64,000 nt of DNA from Owenia fusiformis. Lineage: Eukaryota. Location of the stretch: positions 20,646,001-20,710,000 of the forward strand of contig CAIIXF020000001.1 in the NCBI GenBank assembly GCA_903813345.2, written 5' to 3'. Positions within the stretch are counted from its first letter, which is position 1. Every line of letters begins with the position of its first letter. The position numbers and the translations under genes are program-made. Shown one piece after another: positions 25,250-38,100 of this stretch. The notes beneath the pieces are model-generated. The model ran no database searches. It was not told the DNA's origin and was given only the letters and a program-made list of their open reading frames with translations.

Positions 25250-27095
25250 ATGGCAACATACGTAAAGCCTGCAACACGGTACCAGCCGTCCGACTGGTTT
25301 ACCTCAAACTACACAATATCGACAAATGCCGAGAGACAGATGGACGCATCACATCAAGTACGCCAAGATGCCAGATTTCTTCGTAATGAAACAGACAACA
25401 AAACAAAATGGGATCAACATGATAACAATACCAGATTGGCAGACAGAGTTGACCAAATTCGCAAATGGAAAGACATTCTAGAAAAGACCTTGGCTGATCT
25501 CGATAAAGAAATATCTGATTTGTCAGAAGCCAAAGATAACACAGAGAATGCCCTCGAAGCAAGAAATCTACCTCTAGATGTTGCAATTGAAAACCTGACC
25601 ATCCGTGAAGGCCGACAACAGATAGATGTAGTTGAAGATGGAGTAGAACATCAACTAAAGAAGGTAAGAGTGGTTCACATATGTTTATTGAATAATACAT
25701 GTACTCTGTAAATTGGGCTTTATTAACATAATGGAGAATATTAAGATTGATAACATGTAATATAGAGTGATCTTTCCTGGAGATAGTCCTTGTGTTAAAC
25801 ATGTAGTGTTTAAATAAATTAACAATAATGCATTTTCTTAAAAATATCTTGATTATTTGTTCCAGGAAGTTGAGGTGATTGGAGGCATTCAAAAACAGCT
25901 ACAAACCAAAATTAATGAGCAGTTTGAGCAGCTATGTCTCCTTCAAGAGGCTCGTCAGCAAATTCTTGCTGATCTTCAGGACAAAAACATTGCTCTAGGT
26001 ATTGATGTAGATCAGTATAATCTTACAGAGGAATCCCCTGGCATTAGCTACAAACCCAACCCAACTAGAGTTCCCAAGGGAAGCACCACCCCACAGCAAT
26101 GGGAAGACTTCAGTCGTTACAACAAGGAGCGTGCCGATGCTGAGATGAAGGCCTCTCAGAGACTTCGTGAAGCAACCCACCACACTCTTCATCAGACAGA
26201 CAATGACCAAGAAGCACAAAAACAAGCAACTGAATATGACCTCCGTAAACGTATTCACGAATTTGAGCGTGCCAAGGATGAGCTTGAATGGCAGAAAAAG
26301 AACACAGAGGAGGAAATCGCTGAAATGGAGGAAGATATTCGTCGTCTAGAAGATTCTATTAAAGCTAAGATTAATCCAATGAAACTTGCCCAAACTCGTC
26401 TTGAGAACAGAACATACAGACCCAATGTTGAGCTGTGCAGAGATGAACCCCAATACGGTCTTACTGATGAGGTTAAGCAGCTAGAAGCAACCAAAAGAGC
26501 ATTAGAGGAAAAACTTAAACAATCACAGTAAGTTCACATTACTTGAAATTCACATATCTAATTTACAATATCATTTTCAACAATAGTTGAAGTGGAATTC
26601 AGATAAAGCTACATGAAATAATATTTTATCTAGACAGCCGTTAAAGTTAATCATTAATAATGCAGCGCACATCATGTGGTGCTATTGTGTCTTTGTGATC
26701 AATTATTTATTGATTCTCTACATCCGTTTCTAGACTCAAAAGTAAACATACAACAACCATTTACTGAAATTCAAACCAGGGAGAACCACACTAGCTAAAT
26801 ACAATATCATAATTTTCATTAACTTTGATCTAATGAGCGGTTCCTGTGATAGTACCAATGTTATCTGAATAAACCCTTAATGTTATTTTAATCTATTTTC
26901 AGGCATGCACTTGATGGTTTAGAACAAAATCTACATAGAATTAATGAAGATTTAGGCCTTAAAATTAACTCTCTTATGTTGGACAAAAGATGTATGGACA
27001 CTCGTCAAAAATTGGAAACCCGACCCCAGACTGGAATGGAGCGTAATCTTACTTTAACTGGACTTCAAAGGTCAAGATCAAAGATCTTAGCCTAA
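25250..27095 (+). CDS. TEKT2: Tektin-2 (tektin B), 422 aa. Exons 25250-25663, 25866-26527, 26903-27095
   Basis: Tektin nonapeptide RPNVELCRD; TEKT2-like N-terminus (STNAE.Q.DASHQVRQ.AR.LRNET) and C-terminal NSLMLDKRCMDTR; phases consistent. Confidence 0.95.
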
Positions 27096-29198
27096 TTAGA
27101 ATAAGGAGTTTAGAAACCTGGGGAGAACCAACATAATATTAGCATCTTGTGCCATTGTGCAGTTTTTCAGTATTCATTTTTTACAATTTTTTCAATCAAG
27201 TGAAAAATGCAGAATCAATGTATGTTCAAGAGACATTTAAACTATTTATAACATACAAACTGCTGAATGAGCGAACTTATCTAGTCGCTATCAAGAAGTG
27301 ACTCATTTTATTCATATTTTTTTGCCAATTTCTTTTTTTATGATTATTTCTAATGGAAAAATTGAAAATGTTATTGTTGTAAATAGATATAAAATGCAAT
27401 CTGTACAGTCATTATTCATACATGTATGCAAGAGAAAACTTGCAAAATATATACTTTATCATGATCACAAAAATTACATTTGCATTTTTGTTTTTTGTCT
27501 TGGTTATAAGGTTTTAAATGAAAGATGAGAAATGTTTTCAAGTTACATGTACTTTTACTTTATGAACATACAACTGAAATGATAAATCAACCCAACTAAA
27601 TGATTTTAGATAATGAGTCATGAGTTCCAGCTTTACATATGCCCTATATATCACTTAGGATCGACAATTCAACTATATTGCAATTGACAATAGACTGGAT
27701 GCGAGTAGAAATAATCTTGATTCATGTTATTAAATATTCAAAATTCAGTCAAAGTGATGTCATATTTGGAATCTACATGTAAAAGTACATCTCAAAATAT
27801 GATTCGGGGATTCTCCCCATAGACCCCATGGTATAAAATCACAAAAAGTGAAATATCTTTTCTTGATAATACTTTTACTGGACGATTTTAGTTGTGATAA
27901 GAGTGATATGAAAATTGAACCACTAAAACTGATGAATATTGAAGTTAAAGGGAATTTTCTTCTATATCACCATGCTATCTGACCCGAATGAGCCACCTGG
28001 TGGTGAAACTGGTAACTACCTACTCACATCTGAGTTATTGATTTTTACTACTTGTATCATAATTCACAACCTTAAAGTGTCAAAGACAGAGTGCAATTCA
28101 AACAATTTCCTTTTGCATTTTGAAACACAGATAGATTGTGGATCAATTTCACAAAGCTTTTCAAATCAAAAAATAAACATACTGAATGTGTATGTTCATC
28201 TCCTAGTTAAAACTGTCAACCCATCAAGCACTTGAATTTCCACTCATTAAGTATGAAGACAAACACGAGAGGAAAAAATCAACACCAGCTTTGATCTAGA
28301 TATTTCAACAGTATTCAAAAGAGATTTTGTACAGTGGCAAAAGAGAGTGAATATCTGTCACATAAAATTAATTGTTGGGAAAGTTCTTTGAGATAGCTCA
28401 TGAAATATTGAAGTTAGATAAATCACATTAAAGTTGCAGGAATTATCATGAGTTATCTTGAATCTGTTTTGCCCATTTAATTCTTAAAATCCTCATCTTA
28501 AATCCCCCAAGAATCCTGATGGGCTTAATATTTTTAATAGACAGATAGAGATTATAGCTCAAAACTCTAATCCTGAATATTGATAACATTTAACACTGGT
28601 TTAAAAATTGCAGTGTTCACTTTTTTATGTATACATGAGTTCTCATAATAGTTGTGAATCTTATACATCTCAACACTTGAATTGAGTCATTGCCAGCCAA
28701 CATTATCTAACAACAGATCAATTGGTTTCTATTCATTGTACGATACAGCACATATACTTTATTCTTCATTTAAATAGATCTTCACAATATAAAAATAATA
28801 CAATAACTGACATGGGAACCAGTTACATTCATGTTTTCTGAACCAGGAACACTGAAGTTGTCATTTTGTATACAACTTATTTCAACGGATTCATAATTCC
28901 GGTAAACATCATGATTTTGTAGCAGTCACTATTTAGATCAGGGTAAAAGCGTTAACTTTATGATGTCAATCTCAGGAAGACTATCGTCTTTCCATATTTC
29001 TTGTTTTACAAGTTAATATTTTTGCTCACATGATTTCTCTATTGACAGTTCCAATATTCATATATTGGCTTCACTTCAATGGCAAATATCTCCCTCTAGT
29101 GCAGTATCCAATGTCAATTTAGGCTTTCAATATACATGTACATTATTCTCCATTGTCAGGACAAATGAGCCACCTGCTAGGAATGTGAGCTATTGCAA

Positions 29199-32100
29199 TC
29201 AGTACTGGGGAGGCTGGCGAATAATTCCACGTCCTCCTCGCATGCCACCACCTCGTCCTCCTCTGTTAGGGCCTCCCCTGGTGGGAGTGCCTCGGAAGTT
29301 ACCTCTACGTGCCTGAGGGGGGCCACCCGGGGTAGCCCCTCCACGCCCTCTGTGCATCATGCCTCCCCTGGGTGGGCCACCTCTCTGGGGAGGAGTGGCT
29401 CGAGTGGGGATACCTCGTCTGGGTTGCTGAGGCTGCATTGTCAGAAGGGAGGGGATAGCCTGTGTGGTTGGGGCAGGTGGACTATCCCAGACTATTGGCT
29501 CAATCTTCTTCCTGGAGCCTGAAAGAGAAAAAAGTTCACATGCATCAATGCAATTTATCTTGTTGAACAATCAGGGGTAAATTATCAATATATAATTTAT
29601 ATAATGTGAATAGTTATAATAGTTCAATGTTTGCCTACAATTATATAATTGTTTCCACAACAAATACAAAGTCCTCACCTTGTGAATCAGTGTTGTCATC
29701 ATCACCATCAGGTGGGGATTGATCATTATCTCCAGTTGCTGATGCCTCACCTACAATAAATGCATTAGTTATATAAGTATATTCCACTTAACAGTTACAG
29801 TATATGTCATTGAGTAGGTTTTGTTTTTGTATATCCTGTTGTCCAGTAGGTTGTGTTCTTTAATACCTCTTCATAAATTATTTTCCATTCACACAAAGGT
29901 GGATTATCAATAGTAGATGATCTGATGGTGGAAAATGGTTTGTATGGTTGGGTTAGATCACTCAAAGGAATACCACAAGAGCAAACACTGCATCAAATAT
30001 CACATTTCAATGATGCTCACTGTACAATGTAAGGAACAATCCTCTGATAAGCAAAAAGCATTTACCTGTTTCTCTAGTTCCATCTTGACTTTGATCTTCC
30101 TGTAATAAATCATCCTCTCTGAGCTGATCATCTCTTGCTTGTTGTTCAGTGTCAGGTACAACATCTCCACTTTGTTCAACCTGTTCTGTAGAGGCTGATC
30201 CACTGGGCTGCTCCACCTGCTGGTTGCCCCCCTCTGCAGATGGTTCAGGGGTGATAGGGGCTGAGACATTGAGTGGGGTACTAGGGACACTGCGACCAGT
30301 GCCATCTTCCAACTGAGTCAAGTCTATTCGTGTATCATCCATACCTGGAAGACAAAGTTGTTGAACTTAGAACACGAGAAATTACTATAATTACTATAGG
30401 GTAGTCTCTTGGCTTGGAATTTGTTCTAAAAATGCAGCATACTATTCTTTCATTTTTTCTTACTATTTTTTTAGTAATGGATATTTTGATAACTATCACC
30501 TTTACTTTTCACATCCTGTTTTACATGTGCTAACATTAATGATTGGAGCAGATTGATCTAGGTACTATGAATCCTGCACACCAGTCATAAAATTGTATAA
30601 AAGAAATTGACTATAACATGGCATATAAAATGTATGACATGTCATATAAAATGTATGACATGTCATATAAAATGTATGACATGTCATATAAAATGTATGA
30701 CATGTCATATAAAATGTATGACATATGTCATAAACTGTGCAATGTATGACATAAAAAGTTGTCACTATAAAATATAGATATATTTACCTCCTTGAGATAC
30801 CAGCTGAGCCATGTCTGTTTGGGCAGCCAGGTTCAATGACTCACGGCCAAATGTGAAGCTACTACTCCCCAGGGGCATCAGTGGAGAACTCACTGCTTCT
30901 GCGAACCCATCATTTCTCTTTGGCACAAACAATGTTGGAGTACTTGGTACAATTCCATCATCCCCTTCTTCAAATGGTGCCTGAGCAAATGTGTTGCCTT
31001 GAGTCCGTCCCACAGATGGAAGACGCTCTGTGCGTACGGGGACACGCATAAGTGCCGCTGGAAGCTGTCTGGGGGGTACAGGTTGAGGTTGTTGTGAAGG
31101 AGCCTGCGCACTCTCAGTGGTACTTGGGGGTGCTGCAAAAAGTAAAAATGTGATCAATTCTGGTAATATTCGATTCTAGACATTTTAGGATTCTACTTTG
31201 GAGTCAATTTTTGTTATGATTAAACTAACGATTCTTATAACCTACTATCACTGATTTTAGCCTGATAATCAGGTTATATTATTTTATAATGATATCTTTA
31301 AAATACAAAGATACCTGAAGGTGTGGGGGCTGATTGCTGTTCACCACCAGTTGGCTGAGATTCCATGGCACCATCATCATCGTCATCACTGAGTATTTCT
31401 ATACAGTCATCACTACTTTCATCAGCATCACCAGCTCCAGCTTCTTCCTGCATGTTGTCATCATCCTCCTCCTCACCAGACTGATCATATTCCTCTTCCA
31501 TGCCTTCACTCTCTTCCTCCTGTACAACAATAGCAATATTTTACATTATTGGTATTTATCCACAACGTTCCCAAAATTTTCCAATATGGTGGAAATGCTT
31601 GATCTTTTTTGAAAATGCTATTTTAAAAGGAACCTTCCCCTATACATGCAGGATGTAGGGCATGTAAATTTTGTTTAAAATCATATTTTACCTCAAAATC
31701 TTCAATGTTTTCTTCCTCATTGTCTCCATCCTCCTGTTCCTCTTCGAACTCCCCCTCTCCTTCAAGTTCTTCCTCTTCTTCTTCATACTCCCCTTCAACT
31801 TCTACTTCGAAGTCTTCCTCCTCTTCCTCGGAGTCACTTGCTACTTCTATAATGTCATCATCCGATTCATCCTTCTCCTCATCTCTTGCTGCAACTACAT
31901 CAAAGAGTATTTCTTTTAATACTATAGTTTAATTTCCATTATGAATGGTTTTCGAACGTTATGATTCATTGTTCTTTGCTTAGTACATTGTACAAGCATG
32001 ATAACCTCCATATTTTGTCAATCCCTCACCTGGCTCTTGCCCCTGTTCCGCCAATGTTTCCTCTTCCTCCTTTTCTGCAGCTTCCTCTGTCGTTGGCTCA

Positions 32101-35100
32101 GCCTCAACAGCTGGTGCAGCATCATCTTCTTTTCCTTCCTCTATATCTGCATCAATATCCTGACTGTAGTTGTCAGGAGATGGTTCAGTTACAGTAATGG
32201 TTGGAAACTCACTATCATCAATCTGTAAGGAAATATAAGATATTTGATATCCTAAGTGAGATAGTACAAAGTCAGATGAACAAACAATTGTGAGTAGACA
32301 TATTTGTTATCCATGTCTGTAAATAATATTAATCGCAAAACATTTTCATTTCACAGAATCGTGATAGTTTGACTATACTTTGGGTATGTACAAACCTGTT
32401 GTGTTTCTGCTTCACTCTCTTTGATCTCCTCAGCAGCCTCAGGACTGCCCACTATCACCTGCAGTTGTAGTGTTTCCTCCTCACCAGCCTAGATAACATA
32501 GGGGTTTCACTGACATTTTTGACAAAGACAAAATGTATGAAAAATGGCATCATTATGCTGTTGACATATAGGGGTTTTATTTGGTTAAAGTTTTATGACA
32601 AACAAAATGGACGAAGAGGCAACATTCTTCTGTTATTTGAAAGTATAATGTAAACATGAAAATAATTGCAAATTTTGTAATAACAACGGGGGTTTACAGG
32701 GCATAAATATCCCCTGAGGGACGGGATACTGAGTGACATACACTGTATGGTGCAAAAATTGACTTTTATCACCCAGTGTTGAGGAGATTCAAAAATTTAC
32801 TCGATGAACCCATACTTCATACCAGATAAGAACGAAATTGGTGTTTCTGTAATAACTTTACATATGATATATTTTTTACTGACCTGTGAAGATCGTGGCC
32901 TCTTGATCTGAGGAGATGATTCTTCTTTAGTGGCAGGTTCTTGGCTAGAGAAAACAAACAAACAATATATGATTAAATTGGGTCCTGGTTGTTCAAGGTC
33001 AAAGTTGATTAACTTATTTATTCATTCAACCTCTGCTTTTGATAAATTAAATTTTTCTGAACTGAAGTTCTGACTACTGTGTTTAGAATCCTTTATTACT
33101 CAACACAAACTGACTAGGATCATGGGTACTGCACTAACAGGGAAATATGAATGTAGATTTGAATAGAATCAATAACTTATGAGCTGCTTCTTTTATTTTA
33201 ATCTTTACCATTTTATTCACCAACACCACAATATTGGAGTTATGATAAATCAATTTCATAAAATTTGGGACATCAGAAATTAAAGGAATTCAGATACCTG
33301 GTGAGATAAGTCAGGTCACAGACAAAACTCACACAAGGCATTAACATGCAAAATGTCATGGCCTGCCATTTGTTATGGATGCCAAATAAACACCAACCGC
33401 TGGACACAAAACACCAACTGCCAAACAGTGCCCACCAAGATGTCCCCAAGAAGAATCTAATCAAGGCAAAGCTCACATGTTCCCTGAGCTTATGCACCTT
33501 GCTATACTACAAAACCATATTGCAACTGACAAATGTTACAAGGATTTGATAATAGAAAAGAAGTACAAGATTTCATACAACTTTTTATCTGTTTAACACT
33601 AGTTGTGACCAACTTACCTCTCACTGTCATCTCTTTGTCGTTTAGCAGGTTCCTGTCTACGAGGCTGGATTGGGATGGTTGGTATGTTGTCTGCCTGATC
33701 AGGTACCTCTACTGTAATTGTAGTAGCCTCCTCATGGAAGCTTGCAACACCTTGGACTAGAATCATGTTTTAGACAATTAGTCTTTTTTGAAATTTTTTC
33801 TTCAAAATATAATATTGAAGACAATATGCTTACAGTCTAGATTTGAGAATGGCCTTGTGTGACATCTGTGCCATGTTATTTTCAAGTATTTATAACAATT
33901 TTCATAAGTTTCAACAATAAAAATCGAAATTTCTTTATAGTGTGGCTCACCTTGCACAATGTTGTCTTGTTCTACTACATCTACGTGTGGTTGGACAGCT
34001 TGAACCTGCTGGGTAGGGCGCTGTGCTGTCTCATGAACAGCCTCCTGCGTATTAACTGTAGTTGGCATTACTGTTGCAGTGGGGGTCTGCGCAACTGCAG
34101 CAACAGCCATGGGTCGTATACTGGCCGTTGCCCTGCTAGAGGCTGTTTGCAAACTGCTTGGATTGGGGTGCCTGGTCTGGCTGGAGGGGGCAATGGTGGG
34201 CCGTATATTAGCAGTAGGTGGAGGTTCTGATGCCACAGTGCTGAACAATAACATGGTAGAATGTTCAGAATTACATCAACAATTAAACTGGGCCATAGGA
34301 AGACCAGGCTGAACTGATAAAGCTGCCTGTTATATTTTTCCAATCGCTTTAATTATTGATTAGTCAACTTAATCTCGAATAATGCTTGCTTGCTGTTTCA
34401 CAAGACTATAGGGGGGACATCTAAGCACACCTAACTGATTTTTCATTTGAGCACACTTATCTGATGTTAAAGCAGGTTTCATCTTTAGCCAACTTGACTT
34501 ACCCAATTCGCTCCACTTGTCCACTTGAACTAGAGCTAGGAGGCTGACGTTTCACATTCTCTAGTTGCCTCTGGAGAGACTCTATCTGTCTCTGTAGGGT
34601 TTCTAATTGTCTCCTTAAGTCAGTCTCTACTGACTTTGCTGCTGTTACTTCTGCTGATTTGGCAGCAAGCTGAGCCTCAAACTCTGAGATCTTCGAGTCT
34701 GGCACACCTGCTGTGAGGAAGAATATAGAAAATGTTATACCAAGACTAATATTTCTTGGTAATAACCTGGCATTAACATGTAAAATGTCACCACCAACCA
34801 TTTGTCACAGACACTGACTGCCAAATGCTGTTACAGATGGCAAACAACATCCATAAAAAATTGGATACTGTAACAATATCTTCTGGTAAAAGACCAAGAA
34901 CTTATTCTATTCAACATCACATACACACTGATGTTACATAACATTTTCCATTGTTCATGTTATTCACTCATCATGAGAACATATATCTGATCAGCAGGGA
35001 GTTAAGTGAAGTCATTATATATATTAAAATTGAAGAATTTAATTAATTGTTACCTGACGTTGCTCCAGATTTTGATTTTAACTCTTTATTCTCTATTTCC

Positions 35101-38100
35101 AGTTTACGTTTCTCAGCAGAAAGACGGTCAGTTGCATCCTTCATAGTTGTCAATTTTACTTTGACAGTCTGCATGACACGACTGGAACTTTCTTGTTTCT
35201 TTTCTAATTCTGTCTTCTGTGCAAGAAGTTTACTTTCTGCCTCTTCACGGGCCTTTATGTCTTTGTTCAACTGATCTATGGTCTACAAGTAAATACTATA
35301 ATTAATGATAGGATATATAACCAAATCAAGTGTTTTAACATGAGAATTTGAATATGTTGAACACCTTTAATTACTTTGTCAGTCTTGTGACAATGTTGAC
35401 CAACAACAGGTTATAATACTGACAAGTTGGTTAAGTCCATTGTACAAACTGTATTCTGCACTTTTTACATGAATTGTGTTAGTGATGCAGTTAGTGAATA
35501 GCAGATCTTTCCTTATAAAGATAGCGCTGATTGGTTGATATCTATCAAGTATTCTAAAAAGCCAATATACACTACCTGTGTGAGATTCTGGTTCTCAGTC
35601 TTTAACCTTGTCTGCAGTTCCTCCATCTCACCCTTAAGCTTCTGAGTTCTCTCTTCCACCATTGCCTCGAACTCTTTAGCTTTGTTTTCTGCATCTTTCT
35701 CACTCTCGCTCATCTCAGTCAGCTTCTTAGTCAGCTCCTCATTCTTTGCTTCTGCATCCTTTAGTTTCTGCTCCAGTTCCTTCGTCTGTTCTTGCAGAGC
35801 CTCTGAGTTTGCATCAGTTGTGGAGGGAGGTTGGGTTTGCTGGGCAGCCTTCAGTTTGTCCATCTCTTTCTGGATATCCTCCGCCTGCATGCGGTACTTT
35901 CTGCCTATTTTCTTTAACTGCAACATTATAACAGGAAATATATATATTTTGTGGTGATTTAAATGTGGCATCTATCACATTCGGAGTATTTGTCATGCAA
36001 GAATAAAGAGGGCACTATGTTGGATCATGCAACTGGACACTATTAAGCCAGATAACTAATAACTAAAAAAGAATAAGACATACAGTGTTAGCACATAGGT
36101 ATAGATGCAGCTAATATGTGTTCATTAAAATCAAGATGTTCTCCAGCAAGGTCTATAAACATGGAAATGTAGTCTCCAAAGAATTGAGGCAATGAAGCAC
36201 TGCACTCATTCAGGAATCTGAAAATACTTTTGCCCTTGTGGTTATCCCTTTTAGAAAAATGAATACAATTTGTAACTGGGCATTAACATTACAAAATAGC
36301 ACTTGGTGGTTGTAATTACAAAAGTGTAACAATTGTTACAGATGCTGAACTGCATGGGGGTGATATAAGATATTGTAATTTGATATATTTTGATCAATTT
36401 GAATAGAAAAAGGAAACAGGAAATCCTGTTCCCTTCTGAGAGAAAATTGTTCAAATACCTGATTTATTGTCTTTGTTTTTTCTTCATTTTCTTTCTCCTT
36501 CTCAGCCTTAACTGTTTCCCTCTCACTCTTCATTGTGTTCAGCTCCTTCACGAGTTTCTCAATTTGCTGTTTATATGAGTTTGATTCATTTCTTAATGTC
36601 GTCAGTTCATTCTTGGTCGTAGTTAACTCACCAGACTGTTCATTCTTAGCTGTGTTAAGTTCTGTATTATGTTGGGCCTTAATAGTGTTTATTGCACTTG
36701 TATGTTGATTCCTTAGGGAGGTCAGCACATTGTTGTGCTGAGTTCTTAGTGCTGCTACTTGATTGTTGTGCTGGTTCTTGAGTGCGATTGTTTCACTGCC
36801 ATGTTGAGTTTTAATTCTAGTTAACTCCTGTCTGGATGATTGCAATTCTGACCTGGAAGAGTAAAAAGGATGGATTCAAATTTACATCACTCATATTTCC
36901 ATTCTTAAGGTTTATTAGCTAGCTTTTATTGGAAAATTCATATCAAACAATATAATGTTGGAGACCAAATCTTTGTTAGAAATCACAAATCACAAATGTT
37001 CAAATTATAGAGGGAGCCTATTCAGCTATATAACATGCGCACCACACACTGTAATTTTTGAATTTTCGGGGGTTTCATTAGTAGCAAGCATCTTCTAATG
37101 TTGTTTTAATATCTCATTTGTTTTGAAGAATTTTGCAACTGTTTTATATGTTAAAATTATAATTTAAAATAATTTTTTCATATTTTTTCATTCATCATTC
37201 TGATGAAACCCCTGGTATTATAAAATATATAGAATGTATTTACTGTAATTTATTCATGTTTGCAGTGACACGAGACAAGGCTGCTTTATTCTTATGCATC
37301 TCCTCTGTGGACATTGCCAACTTCTTTCGCATGTCTTCTTTCTCAGCCCTGCAACATACACCAGCATTACATAATAACTAGTAATTGTAAAGTACTGAAC
37401 TGGAGTTAATGGAAAAGTAGCCAGTTTCATTGGCCTGTGTAGCAAATTTTAATTTATTATCGTCATGGCAACATTATGACTTCATGTTTCATTTCTACCA
37501 AATTCTAATTGCATGTAGGGCCTACATATGTGTGTGAAGTTATAGTTAGTAACAATGAGAATAATATAAATGTGAACTACATCACTCATGCAACAATGAC
37601 ATATACAATTGTTCTTGCCCCCGCCCTTAGTTTAGCCTATATTAGGAGAACACATATTTCATGATTGTCATAGTAACACAACCTCTTGTATAGATAATAT
37701 ACATTATTATGTCATTGTCATGTTTCTCATTCAGTGATTGGTTGATCATGTATCACATGACATAAAATATCCATCGATATAAAATGTAACAATATCACAA
37801 ACTTATTTAATTAAACTGATCTACATACACTAGTTTCTTGTGTTCCTCCGGGTCACTCTTCATACTTTGTTCTACCAGTGTATTGGTCCTGGCCTTCCAG
37901 CGCTCAACCTCGCCACGCAGGTTCTCATTTTCAATCTAAACGGTAACATATCACAATACAGAATATCTGCTTATATAAGCTACTTGTCTGTATAGTGTTT
38001 TAGAAAAGAAGTCATCATTACCCAAGTGATTGTGTGCTATCAGCAACAGATTTGGAAGTTTATGAAGATTATTGATTTTGAAGTTACATTCAACATAACA

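Noticed and set aside
25299-26494. Minus-strand ORFs (197, 87, 79 and 62 aa) over tektin, and similar antisense ORFs over KANSL1 and TPR exons
   Set aside because: Shadow ORFs of real coding exons, with no independent motifs or splice structure.
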